NCBI RefSeq assembly: GCF_009914755.1
Contig: NC_060935.1
Strand: one strand, 5' to 3'
DNA from: the human T2T-CHM13v2.0 reference genome, Homo sapiens
Length of the DNA stretch: 64,000 nt
The translations under genes were made by a program, and so were the position numbers. Position 1 is the stretch's first letter. Every line of letters begins with the position of its first letter. Under the pieces are notes generated by a model. The model was not told where the DNA came from and made no database searches. It saw nothing but the letters and a program-made list of their open reading frames with translations. Of the stretch, positions 1 to 14,372 are shown piece by piece.

Positions 1-3000
1 ATTCTATATAATTAGATGAAAACCCATGAAGAAAGTAATCTATCTGCACAGTGAGTCTGGGACATAAATAATGTGAGGTACAGCAGAGTAGACAAGTCAA
101 GCCCTGCATAAAGAATCAAAATAGAAATATTTCCCTTGGTCACCTCTGGCAGAGGATTTTACCAGTTCCTTGGGATGGAGGAATCAAAATAGATACAAGA
201 ATATAGGATTTTAAGTTTGTTACATATTATTGTTATCTTACTCATGCTAACTGTATAGTAAAGTTCATACAATTTTCATTTCATAATATAGATTTGCTAA
301 CCATTCATTAATTCTTTTATTTTCTTACTGAAAATCAAAGTTAAAGAATTCCTCCAGGTATATAAAAAGATTTCTGGACTGAGATGAAACTTCACTAAAT
401 GTTGCAGTCAAGATTCTGGTATCTAGACAAAAAGGATAGCTAAGCAGCAGATGTTCTTATCCTAGCTCTGTGTTTTACAAACAGCAAATGTAATAAATAA
501 AAAGATATATTTTCTCTTCCAGTGATCCATAGATTTGCTGTAATCATTGTAGGCATTTAAAGATGTAATCTTGTAATCTCATGGTCAGGAAGTAGGGTTG
601 CTTTTAGTACAAAGCTACCAGAGCTGGACATAGAATGACTTCCACCCCAGCCTTATAAACATGGCCCTGTATCACCTGAGCTCATGAGTCCCACAGTGCC
701 TGGACCCCCAATGATCTGCTCATCCCCACAGTACCTGCCTTTGGTTCTGAAGCCTCATAACCTTTTTAAAAACACCTCTTGTCAATGTAAGTTTTTCAAA
801 CTCTACCCAATAAAGTTTGCTCTATTATTGTAAAATAACAATGGTAAGAAAAAGGAACAATTGTCACACTGATGGACTCCGTGTGATTTCTTGTTCTACC
901 AAACTCTATTGGAACTTTGTGAAATTACTGCTCTTCTCTGGTCCTCAGTTTACTGACTTGTAAAACAAGAGTTTAGAGTCCAAAAGATGATCTTTAAGTT
1001 GTGCATTTCCAAGGGAATACGAGTGAATCATACCCTTGTCTGTGAAAAATTCATCCATTTAACAACAGGGACATGTACAACTACCACCTGTTAGAATGGC
1101 TAAAATCTAAAAACTCTGTTGATACTAACTGCTATCAAGTATTCAGAGCAGCAGAAATTCTCATTCATTGCTGGTGGGAATGAAAAATGGTATAGCCACT
1201 TTTAAAGACAGTTCGGCAGTTTCTTATGTAACTAATACAGTCTTAAAAGCTATCATGCTCCTAAGTATTTGCCCAACTGATTTGAAAACATATGTCCACA
1301 CAAAAACCTGCACACGAATGTTTATATCAATTCAATTAATATTAACAGTTGCCAAAGACTGGAAGTAATCAAGATGCCCTTCAATAAATGAATGGATAAC
1401 AAACCTTGCTATATCCGTGCAATGGAATACTATTCAGTGATAAAGGGAATGAGTTATCAAGCCACAAAAACATTCATGACTCCTAAGTGCATATTGCTAA
1501 GTAAAAACAGCAAGTCTAAAAATGGTATGCAATGTATAATCCCAGGTATATAACATTCTGGAAAAGGTAAAACTATGGAGATGGTAAATAGTTCAGTGGA
1601 TGCCGTATATTCCAGAAGATAGGTGAGTAGGGCTGAACAGGTGAAGTGTGTTGGATTTTTGGGGGGATGAAACTATCTGTATGATACTGTAATGATGTGT
1701 ACATGACACCATGCATTCCTCAAACCTTACAGAATATTACAGCTTAAAGTGTCACTGTAAGTTATGCAAATGTTTTAAAAATCATTTAGGAAGTCAGAGG
1801 ATCCCAGAATTGAATACAGGTTTAACAAAGGTCTCTAATATTTTAAATACACTAAATAACCTCACTAAATGGGGTTGGGGATTAGGTGTCGACTCAAATA
1901 ACTTTGGAAATGAGTATAGTCTGTAAGTCCAAAGACGAAAGGGACTCTGTATACTCTAGTTGACAAAGTTTTTTCCCTCAAGAGTGTGGGTCAATAATTC
2001 TGACACCAATATACATGGATGTTGGAATTGAGCAATTAAGTAAATGGATGGTGTATGGTAGGTGCCAAGTTTCTTACTGTTGGAGTAAGAGGGTACAGAT
2101 AAGCAATGGGAGGAGCCTAGAATGATCCATGTGTGATAGGTTAGAGTTTGAAATATCAGTATAAACTCATGTTTAGATCAATATAGATACAGATAGTTAC
2201 ATATAGAAATGTTTATAGATATGTGCATGTATGTCATTAAGTACACACACATCTGTCTCCTTGCTTTGTCATCTGAGATGGCCTAGAAACCATTATACCC
2301 CAGTTGCAACAAGCACAGCTGGTTCCCAGATCTTGGTTTCTAATACCATTCTCCAGTAAAAGGAACTAGGGCCCCTTGGCAAAATGGCTGGTTCTAGAAC
2401 TTGAGCAGAAAATATGCAAGATGAGCCTGGAACACCTTGCAATTACAGAAAGTAAAAAAAGTGCTCAAAACAAAACAAAACCCCACACTGCTGGGGGTAT
2501 GTCAAAACAAAACAAGAGGCAACTGAAATATCTCCCACAGGCCAAAGCTGGAATAATATGAGCAACAAAATAAATAAAGTACCATTAGATTCTAAGTTAA
2601 AGTATAAAATAAATATTTATGACTACGCACTCATATAAATGACTGAATAAATAAATGAAACTGAAGAAACAAATGTCCTATGCAGAAGAATTCCAAATAA
2701 TTTATAGATTTTCCACCCTAAAGGAGGGGGAGCACAATATACAACTACTTAAGTGTGGGCTGCACACAGTGACTTTCTTTCAAGAATACAATACAGAAAA
2801 GGACAAAACCAAATAACTTCCCAGTGGAGAAGCCTGACAAATACTACCAAGCCAGATCAAGGTTAACATCAACAGTGATAAATCATATTGATACTGTGTA
2901 CCATTGATATGTTGTAATGAGAATGGCATTTTACCTCTGTGGTCATCCTTTCCAAAACACATCACCCAGTCTAACCGCGGGGAAAAAAACCAGACAAACC

Positions 3001-3028
3001 TCAATTGTGGGATATTCAGCAAAATATC

Positions 3029-3368
3029 TGACTTATTCGTTTTTGTTGCTGCAACAGAATGCCTGAGACTGGGTAATTTATAATGAACAGAAATTTATTG
3101 GCTCACAGTTCTGGAGGCTAGGAAGTCCAAGATCGAGGGGCTGGCATCTGGCCAGGGCCTTCTTGCTGCATCTTCCCCTGGTGGAATAGTGAAGGTCAAG
3201 AGAGGGCAAGAGGGGGCCAAGCTCACCCTTTTATAATGGCACCAATCCTACCCCTGATGGGGGAGCCCTCATGGCCTAATCACCTCTTAAATGTCCCACC
3301 TCTTAATACTGCTACAATGGCAATTAAATTTCAACATGAGTTTTGGAAGGGACATTTAAATGGTAGCA
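3029..3368 (-). mobile_element. MST-family (ERVL-MaLR) solo LTR
   Basis: TG...CA termini with 5-bp TSD ATATC (3024-3028 and 3369-3373); typical 'gactgggtaatttataatgaacagaaatttattggctcacagttctggagg'. Confidence 0.9.
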
Positions 3369-3520
3369 ATATCTAACTACTGCTCCTAAAAACTATGAGG
3401 GTCCTCCAAACAGGGAAAATCTGAGAAACTGTCATAGCTAACAGAAGACATGACTACTAAATATAATGTGATATGCTAGATTGGATTCTGGAACAACAAC
3501 AAAAAAAGAACATAAGGTAA

Positions 3521-3865
<345 letters not shown>

Positions 3866-5995
3866 CTAAGGACTGAATACAGTATACAGTCTAGTTAGTA
3901 ATAATGTATCACCATTGGTTCATTAATTGTGAAAAATGTGACATATGAATGTAAGATAGTTATAATAGGGGAAATTGAGTGTGGGGTATATGGAAAGATG
4001 GAACTATTTTCACAATAATTCTGTAGATCTAAAACTGTTCTAAAATAAAAGTTTATTTTAAAAGTTATTCTTCATGCATTGAACAAATGCTGTTATGCTT
4101 TTGCATTGTGCTGGGCTGCACTTCATATAAAGCAATGAGTAAAACAAACCTGGCCCATGCCTTCAGGGAGCTTATAGTCTAATTTGAAGCAGTGACATTC
4201 AGCAACTAAATAAAATAGAAGGAATGAACCCATGTTGAGGAGTTCATAAGGATTAATGGATGCAGATGCTGAAGTGGTGTCCTCAGACTGATCCCAAATC
4301 CTTTACTCTAGGCCTCAGAGCCACAGGCTGCCTTTGAACCCAGCCAGAAAACAAGTTTTGTTGATGACAAAAGAGACTCTGTGAAAGGTGGTGCTGGGTA
4401 GGACTGAATCAACGCATTAGAATCAGAAGATGCAAGATCAAATTCCATGTTCTGTCTCATATTTGTCATACCAGTTCTTTGAGCTACAATTTCTTCACCA
4501 GTAAAATTTAGCTAACAATACCCACCCTGCAGAATTGGTATGAAGATTAAATGTGATTGTATAAACTACCAAGCACATGTAATGTCCACTTTCAGTGGCT
4601 TAGCTGGAACCTCACACAAATCTGTTCATTTATTCCAGAACATGTTCTATTCCAACATGCTCTGTTCTCTTTTCTCAGAAAGATCACAAACTATAAGTTT
4701 TTTGAATATAGCTACCCCTCTCCCTCTAAATATGCCTCTCTCTCCTTAAGAGCTCTTGTCTCCCACCACCTCACTTCCTTATCAGTAAAAGCCTTGTGTA
4801 CAATGATGCTATAACTCAACAGATCTTCCCAAGACAGAAAAATTGTGTTTCTAGTTGCTTTGCTTTCACACAAGGAAACTCAATTTATCTTGTGGAGGGT
4901 GAAAGGAAGTTTCATCCAGTTTATTTCTGGAAGCTGGGAATATGCTGTGGAGAAAGAGAAAAAACTAGAGAGAACGTTTAAATTTAAAATCTACAAGATT
5001 CTATCTCAATTTGTACACCAGTAATTCAGAATTTTTGACAATTCAGAGAGAATTCCCTATGGTTCTATTGAATAAAAATAAAAGCTAGCAACTTCAATGC
5101 AATATATTTAGTGGTATATTCTAATTATATTAATTAACTTGATAGAAACAAGCCCATGTTAAATTATATTTAATATATAAAAGCATGCTTTTTAAGTTTT
5201 TTTATGTATTGGCTAATTTAGACACAGTCTTTCTGGATACATGATGCTATATTGTATTAGTATTACCAAGCCTGCTGTAACTGAACCCAAGCAGACAAAC
5301 AAATAACTATGTGTAAAATAATGCTGAAGACAATGTCGTTAGAATAGGAATGAAAGGAGAAAGCAATGCTTAGAACTCCCAGTAAGAGGATGTCCTTGGG
5401 TGAACAATAATCAGCAAGTCATAAAAATATATTTAAGTCCAAAATCCGAACACTGTTTAGTGTTTATTTAGTCAGGAAGCTAACATTGCCTGTCTAATCT
5501 TAATTTTAGTCTAATTCAGGTGATGATGTCTAGCACCTACTGAAGAAATGGATGTTTTAATAACTTCACCAGCCCTTGGCAAAGGAAGAATTAAACATTA
5601 CCTCTATCTCCCCTTTCTCCATCCTGAAATCTGGCTGAGTTAATGACTATTTATCTAGGTTTGACACCGATAAATTTGGATATTTATCCATAATATGATT
5701 CTAGAAATAAGCTTTCTATAATGGTAGTATATTCAGAAAAAAAAAATCATCTGTATCAAACACTAAAAAGACTACCGAGAAGACTCTGATGGAAATACAC
5801 ATTTTATCACATTTATAAATTTATAAATATATATTTTATTCTACCATAAATTTTTATTCATTCAATTACATCATCATTTTTTCTGTATCAAGTTTAGCTT
5901 AAATGCTATTTGAAGTTCTTTCTTAGAATACTTCCAAAATTACTAAGAAGAGAATTTAAATCAAAAAATATTGCAAACCTATCTCCCATAGAAAA

Positions 5996-8481
5996 ACTGA
6001 GACAAAACTCACAATGTCCTTTCGTTTACTTTTTTACTATTAATACACTACATTTTATAGACTTCACATTTTTCAATGCCTTTTCATAACACTACATCAC
6101 TGATCTGTTTTATAGGTGATAAAATAATTTCAGAGACAATAAGGGTCTGAATTGAAGTCATACAGCACAAAGTGATGACCCCAGGACCAAACTGCAGGTC
6201 TGGCTATGAAGTCCGTGCTATCTGCAACATAACAGCACAGCTGCAAAGAGAGTGATTTATCTAAATAACTTTTTAAATTTACATATTTATAAAATATAAA
6301 ACAAATCATGAGATTGAGAATTAAACTTTGAAATATCAGAGGGAAATAAAATTACCAATCTGTTCACTCAATCAATGTGGACAACAAATCACATCAGAGA
6401 AATGAGTTGAGCTCTAAACATTAATTAATCTGAAAGAGCTTCATTGTGTAGAATAGAATTAGTAATGAAGTGTTTGGGGACAATCTTGGGTATTCTGAAG
6501 AAATGAAATGATTCAGAACATTAAAAAGTGACTATGTTCAGAGACAAATAGCCCACCCCTTCCTGCTGCACTTGTATCAGTTGAGATTTCTTTTCCTTGG
6601 AAGTAATAGACACTATCTTAAGCCTGCTTAAGCAAAACATGGAAATGTATTAAAAGGATCGTATGTCTGGGGCTCATGATACTAAAGACTATTTTTAAGC
6701 ATTCTTCTCAGGAATCTAAGAAAAAGGGAAGATGTTGGAGGAAAGAAGAGACAGCTCAAAGGAGGACTCAGTGGGTAGAAACAGCTAACAGATCTGTTTC
6801 TGAATGCACAGAGATGCTCTCTAAGGATTCCCACTTAAGTGAGGAATCTCGGGCAAATATGGGGATTGGTAAATCACTGCAGCTTTATAAATGAGAGGAA
6901 AGGAGTGAGCCAAACTTGGGCATTATGCTAACGTGACTCCATTTCTACCAACAGACTGGTGAGGCCTGAGGACATGGGTTACACAGATACCAGGGGTATA
7001 ATACAAAAGAGAGGGAGAGTCCTCCACACACCAGTGGAAAGAACACAACATGAGATTTCTGCAGAAAGCTGCCCGCATCAGTGGTTTTGGCACGATGAGA
7101 TTGCTTCAATCCTGGGGAAAGCAGGGGGCAGGAGGCAGGAGGGAGCAAAGGCAAGAGCCCTGGGCAGCAGCATCTGCTTCTTTGGCACTGGGATATTTGG
7201 CAGTAGACCCTACCCTAGGCAGAAAAGCTGGGGCTGGAAAGAAGTAAAATGATAGTGTCTGGGGGCGGGGATGTTCTGGTGAAATACGCTGAGAATAACT
7301 CAGAAGTAATCCGTAAAGATTTTAAAGGAGTCTGGTGTGAACGAGGCAAAGCCAAAGGAATACCATATTTGGACTGCCATTCTGATGCTGTTGGCTTGGG
7401 AGACATGCTGTATATATCACTAGATATATGTGAATATCTTTCTATCTCTCTATCTATGGAGTTCTCTGAGTATTGCCTCTTTACCATACTGTGTCATGGT
7501 ACTTAATGGTAGGGAAGTTATTTTATGCATTTGTCTGCCCTTTCCTGAACACCTTCTGACACAATGTAGGAATTCAAATCAAATCTATCTATGAGAGTCC
7601 TGATGCCTCACAAACATGTGATCCCTGCCATGTCATTTCTACTTTCACTAAAGGATTTTACCCATGACACTAGTCAAGATGTCAGGAAGTTATACATATG
7701 GAAGATAGCAACAAAGATCTTCTGAAGCCCAGAACACATTGATTGGCATTCATTTTAAAAGACATGTCTCATGTTATGTAATGCTTACATTCCTAAAAAG
7801 TTGATATGTTGCAGTGAAATGTATATAAAGGCAGATGGTATTTAAATACTGATTTTAAAAAAAACTCTGTAGCAGATTAATTTGAAATGAAATAATCACT
7901 TCTCATTAATTTTCTTTGTAGATTTGTATTATCTCCATAGCAGATCTGCAGAAAAGGCTAGAATACAGCAGAGTGAAAAGAACATGGGTTTCAAGCCAAA
8001 TAGACTAAGAATAGATCTTTATCTACAATTAACTAGCTGTGTGAGCTTAAACACATTTCTTAGACTTTTGAGCTCAGTTTTCTCATCTGTAAAGTAGGGC
8101 TATTACTGATCTCACAATTTACTGTGAGGAACCATGTAAACAACTTGTACATAGTAGATAGACAGCTAGATATGGATATAGCTGGTATGTTTTAAATTTT
8201 TTCTCTCTCTATATATATATGTTTCTCTCTCTACGTAGATATGGAGAGAAATACTGGGACAAAACTCTCAATGCTCTTTTGTTTACTATTTTTATTATTA
8301 ATACTTTACATTTATAGACTATATTTTAATGCCTTTTCATAAAATTATGTCACTGTCTGCTTTATAGGTGATGAAATAATTTCAGAGATACTGAAGAATT
8401 AAAGTTACGCAACAAAAAGTGATAGACCCAAGATCAAACTGCAGGTGTCTTGGCTATAAAGTCCCTGCTATCTGCAACATA
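5996..8481 (+). repeat. Dispersed direct duplication of ~235 bp (5996-6231 and 8253-8481)
   Basis: Collinear from 'actg.gacaaaactc.caatg' to 'tgctatctgcaacata' in both copies. Confidence 0.92.
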
Positions 8482-8859
8482 GGAGACATATATGTATATA
8501 TGTGTGCATGTGTATACACATGCCCCTACATCTATATCTAGCCATATATATATATATATAACACCATATGTTTTTGTTTCTGAAGAGAATGACATTTCTA
8601 GAATTTTTAAAGTATATATACAGAAATAAAAGTTAAAAAAAACTATGCAACCCAGTCAAGTCAACCATCAAAAATTCTAATATTCTGGATAATAACTATT
8701 AAATTTATACTTTTAACCATTTTTAAATTATACTGAAACTAGTATCTTAACCTACTATTTTATTACTGCTTAAGGTTGACAGCCTCACCACAGTTCTAAA
8801 CGAATAAACGAATGAGACGCAAATTTTTTATGTTCAGTCCTTTCATCTCTATGAAAACC

Positions 8860-9244
8860 CTATATGGTCTGGCTCTGTACCCTCACCCAAATCTCATCTT
8901 GAATAGTAATTCGAATTGTAATCCCCAGGTGTCGAGGGAGGGTCCTGGCGGGAGGTGATTGGATCATGTGGGCAGTTTCCCTCATGCTGTTCTTGAGATA
9001 GTGAGTAAATTCTCACTATCTGGTTGTTTGATAGTATGAGGCTCTTCCCATTTCATGCTTTCTTTACCTCTCGCCTGCTGCCCTGTAAGACATGACTTGC
9101 TTCCCTTTCACCTCCCGCCATGCTTGTAAGTTTCTTGAGGCCCTCCCAGCCAGATGGAGCTGTGAGTCAATTAAACCTCTTTCCTTTATAAATTAGCCAG
9201 TCTTGGGGAAGTTCTTTATAGCAGTGTGAAAACGGACTAATACA
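8860..9244 (+). mobile_element. THE1/MSTA-type MaLR solo LTR
   Basis: Begins 'atatggtctggctctgt..cacccaaatctcatcttgaa', ends 'gtgtgaaaacggactaataca'. Confidence 0.88.
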
Positions 9245-10749
9245 CCAATCAACTGACAGTTAGTAACCACCAAGGGTACAGAACTGTACTGAGCATATCA
9301 GATAAGATTTTATTGAGAGCTTTTCCCCAAGTGGAATTATATAACTAGCTTCCTTCAAAATCACATTTTTTTATCCTCATATTAATGTTTTAAATTTTGG
9401 AAAAGAGTTTGCTCAAAATAGCAATGAATTCCCAGAGTCAACTGCTGATGGCCTTTCCTCTTTTATAAAATATGTAGTTACATAGATGATATGACCATTA
9501 GTTTCTGCTTAAGGTTTAATTTTGATATATTTGCAATTGAAAAATAGGCCCCAAATCTACTCAAAACCAATGCATGTCAATTGCTAAGTTTTTCCCAAGA
9601 GAAAATTAGAATAAATTTTGTATGGCAAAATCACTGATTTGCATTCCGTGACCTTAGCTAATTTCTACATTAATGTGGAAGAACTATAGGGAATCATGTC
9701 TGGAACATGTCTGTCATTAAGTTTACTAAAAGATTGCTATTTGAGAGCTTAAAGAGGCCAAAACATGAGTTGGAATGACATGTTCCTCAATGTTGGGAAC
9801 TCTTTGTGTCAAAAAAATCTGTCAGAGTGTTTATCACCACATAGGACATCAGTTCTTATTTTTAGATTCTCATTAAACCCAGTAAAGCAGGTGTCTGCAC
9901 AAGCTGAAATTTCATCGATATGCTTGTTCTGAATATAGATTGAAATTATATTGCTCCTTATTATTGGTAATGCTTTCCTTAAAAACAGAATCTTAAAAAT
10001 ATTTTAACAACTTGATTTAAAAAGCTCTTTAGTTTCACTGCAACTTAGGTGGTCCAATCCTGTTCTTCCAAATGTAGTTTCACAGAAAAAAAAATCAAAC
10101 TTTACCAAAATTTTGACGTAGCAGCAGCCAACATGGCACCACTGATCTCAAGTGCTTCAAACCAAATGACAGAATTTGAGATTTATAAATGATCATGTAG
10201 CCTATCATATTGCCCAACCTACTTATTTTAATGTGAGCAATTTAAAGCCAAAATCTATCGCTCTCATAGATCTCATAGCACCAAATACCGACATGCCCAG
10301 TTTTGTGAGCTATCTCAACTCACAGGGAGATAAACAGTAAAAGCTTTGAGTTTTTTTCCAATAACAAGTACCCCTGTACTCTGTTGAACACATCCCCCCA
10401 CCAATAGCATTCTTCAGTCTTTACTGTTTTCCAGGCTTGGAAGCAGGATCTCTTAAGGTATCATTTGGCTCCATAACTTTGTAGTCACTTTCAGTTGTTA
10501 AAATAGTCACATTTTGGATCTTTAAAACTGAGTGCTGTTCATTTAGCTCCAATCTCACATTTGATCCAAAGCCTCTCTCTTTTCATCCTAGCACAGGCTA
10601 AACTCATGACTCTCAAAACTTGAGAGGAGAGCGAAGAGAGAAAACAGGGTTGTGTCTTCTCTCCTCTTTACCTCTCTCCATCCTGCTTTCTATCCTCCTG
10701 TAAACTTGAGGCAGAAAGGAAGGAAAGGCAGAAGAGCCTACATCTCCTC

Positions 10750-12400
10750 TCCTGTACCTGCCCATGCTGAGGTTTCCATCTCTTTCCTATTGGTGTCCTC
10801 TCCTTTCCTGCTTAACATGGGCAGGCCTGCAATCCCTTCAGTGTGGCTAATATCCAAATATCTTTGGAACTCTTCTTGTTTTCTATTTACACTCAATTCC
10901 TTGTTGATCTCACCCAATCTGGTGGCCTTTAATAACATCTGTATACTAAATCTCCCAATACCCAACTGCCTAATCACCACCTTACTTGCATGCCCAGTAG
11001 GCTTCTCAAACTTACTATGTCCACAAAGCCTTCTCCACCTGCCATCTTCCCCTCTCAGCTAATGGCAATTCCATCTTTCTCGTTGATCAGACCAAAATTT
11101 AAAGTCACTTTTTTTTCCTCTCTTCCTCTCTTATCCCCATGTTCAATCTTTCTACAAATTTCATCAATTCTATTCAGACTTGTATCCTCTTCCTGCCATC
11201 TCTACTGCTGCCACCCTCATGTCAAACATCACTAGCTCTAGCCCAGATTATCCCAATGGTCTTCCAATGGATCTGCTCACAGTCTTTCTCAACACAGCAA
11301 CCGGAGTGATCTTATTAAAACACATGTCAGACCAATTTATGCCTTATGATAGCCCATATGCCTTACATGATGTACTTCATTCCCTATTATATCTTTTGCT
11401 GCATCATATGCTACATCCCTCCTTGCTCACTCCACATCAAGTACAATCAAGTACCCTGATTTCCTCAGCAAACACTACAGTCATATGTTTGTTTGTTTGT
11501 TTATTTTTAATTCAGCTATAATTCACATAAAATGGGCAAATCTTAAGTGCTAAGTTTGTAGTTTTGACAGTTCTATAGGCCCATGTAACCACCATCCATT
11601 TCAAGATAGAGAACAATATTCTGTCACCTCAGGTTCTTTTCCAGTCAATTCCAATTCATCCTTATACATAACTACAATTTTAATTTCTGTTACCCTAGAT
11701 TCTCTTTGCCTGTTTTTAGACTTAATACAAATGTAATCAAATAGTATATATTATTTTATGTCTAGCTTTTTCTTACTTAACATAATCTTTTTGAGATTCG
11801 TTCATGTCATAGTATGTATTCATAGTTTTTCTTTTCTTTCAATTAATGACTAGTATTCCATGGTATGAATATATTACAGTTCATTTACCCATGGGGCTAA
11901 TATGAACAAAGATGCTATGAACATAGTGTACAAGTTTTCGTGTAGACATACGTTTTTATTTCTCTTGGGTAAATACCAAGGATTGAGATTATTGGGCACG
12001 GGCTAAATGCATGTTTAACTTTATAAAGAAACTGTGCCTTCTGCTCTTTGCATTTGCTGTTCCCCTTACCTGGAATGTTCTTCCTCTAGGTATCTCATGG
12101 ATAACTCCTTGGCTTTCTTGTCTTTGCCAAAAGTCACCTTCTCAATGAGCTCTACCCTATGTAATCCAACTCCATCCTCCACCTCAACCCTAGCACTCTC
12201 ACTATTTCCAGATTTTCTCATAGCACTTTTCACCCTTTGGCATGCTATATAATAATGAATTATTATTTATTGATTTTTTTCTCCCACCAGAATGAAGGAA
12301 AAAGCTTTTTTTAAAAAATCTCTGCTGTGCATTAATAAGTCAACATTGCCTAGAACAGTGCCTGACACTTAAGTAGAAAGTCATAAATAATTGCTAAATG
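10750..12400 (-). mobile_element. L2 fragments split by an old L1M 3' fragment (~11490-12030)
   Basis: L2-type pyrimidine-rich text, L2 3' end 'gcctagaacagtgcctgacac..', and an L1M antisense motif 'catgtttaactttataaagaaactg'. Confidence 0.65.
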
Positions 12401-12491
12401 GAAGGAAAGAAGGAAAAAAGGAAGAAAGGAAGGAAGGAAGGGAGGGAAGGAGGGAAGGAGGGAAGGAGGGAAGGAGGGAGGGAGGGAGGGG
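12398..12491 (+). repeat. (GGAA/GGGA)n purine tract
   Basis: Direct reading. Confidence 0.9.
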
Positions 12492-14137
12492 CCAAGAGGC
12501 AATGAATGTCTGGGGTGTCTCTCAGAATGCCAGGTCATAGCTGCTCTGTGGAACTTCTCAGGTCTCCAAAGCTCCAGAGTTAGTGTCCAATTGTTCCTAG
12601 TGAATTTCAGCACTCACTCTTGTCCCAAGTGTGCTATCTGTGGGCTTTCCAACCTGTGCCTCTTTAGCACATGCAAGGTGTTCTCTTATGTAAAAAGCCT
12701 CTGTATTTTGACATGGAGTTACTAAAATATCTCTTCCATCAGAAGTTAATCTGCTTGGCTTCTGCTTTAGTGTGTCTAGATATGCCTATCTGGTCTCCCC
12801 TTGCTCCTCCTCGAAACACACACCACCCAATTATGAAGGGAGTTTCAAGCTTCTTCCCGTGTCCCATAAGCAGCACTCAAACCCAAACCCCACCCCTCCT
12901 CCATTTCCTCAGACCCTGAAGGTGTTCATATGCTCTGTTTCCAGAATTCCTCCAGCTGAATAGATTCATGGCTTGTGGTTTTGTTTTTTTTTTTTTTTCA
13001 AAGCATTTACTACATAGAAGTAGCTATTATTTACTACATAATCTGGCAGAAAATTCTAGAAAGCTACATTTCTTTTGCCCTCTAATACAAGCCCTCACTA
13101 ATAGAACGGCAAAACTGGGATTGCTATTTACTTATTAAGTCTTCTTCCTTTGAGAAAATCAGAAAGAAGTAATGGGCATGTGTGGGGGCAGGAGCTATTT
13201 GAGAACTCACTATTCTTTCCACTCAGTTTTGCTGTGACCTTGAAACTACTCTAAAAAAAAGATAAGTTTATTAATAAAAAAAAAAAAAGGAGTCACGATA
13301 GCTCTGCCTTAAAGATAACAGTGAATTCATGTTAAAATCACTGCCCATACATTTTCCTACTGGTCCACTAAAGTAAATGTGAACTCATTCAGAGTTTAAG
13401 CCAATTCTCTCATCAAGTAAGTCAATGTTTATTACAGTTTAACAGTGCTGCTTGTCTCAGCAGTCTTAAAGTGATTATATCAGTGCCTGTTTTGGTCAGG
13501 GTATAGCCAGGAAAATGCAATTTACTTTAAGTATTTACAACGGAGGATACATAATACAGGAAGTTGGTTCCACAGATGATAAAGGAGCCGAGAAGCCAAA
13601 TGAAACGGTGAGAGGAAACCCTTAGCAACACCAGGGAACCACTCCTCTCCCTGGGCTGCCTAGATAAAGGGAGACAGCAAAGTCACTAGAGTCCAGGTGT
13701 CAGGGTTACTCAGCAGAAGCCAGTTTCAAGGCAGGCCTGTCAGACAGGAGCTAGTGCCATGGAAAATATACAACCTAGCCAGAGATAACACCAAAAATAT
13801 ATAATTAAAGAGAAATTCCCTGGTACCTTCATTTCTGTCACCGCTCAGTCTGCTGCAGGTCTTCCCACTGGCCACACACAGTCTGAAGCCCACTGACACA
13901 TAAGCCTGGGAAACAGCCTACAGGTATCAGCCCTTCAAGCAGGGGAACAGCAAGGAATAGATCTGAGGCAGCAATCAGCACTGTGGCAAACTAGAATAAA
14001 CACACAGAGCAGAATTTGAAAAACGTTCAAAAATTTCTATCAGAGTAGATGATTCTCTGTATGGTGCTATTTCAGAACATTTCAAAATACATGTATTAGC
14101 ATAAGGAAAGGTTAATGGCTTATGCTCTATTAGGTTC

Positions 14138-14372
14138 AGAGAGAGAAAGAAAGAGAGAGAGAGAGAGAAAGGAAGGAAGGAAAGAAGGAGGGAAGGAAGG
14201 AAGGTAGAAAGGAAGGAAGGAAGGAAAAGAGAGAAAGAGAAAGAAAGAAAGAGGGAGGAAGGAAAGAAGGGAGGAAGGGAGGGAAGAAGGCAGGAAGGGA
14301 GGAAGGAAGGTAGGAGAGAAAGGAAAGAAAGAAAGAAAGAAAGAAAGAAAGAAGAAAGAAAAAAGAAAGAAG
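14138..14372 (+). repeat. Compound (GA)n/(GGAA)n/(GAAA)n polypurine tract
   Basis: About 235 nt, almost purely purine. Confidence 0.95.
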
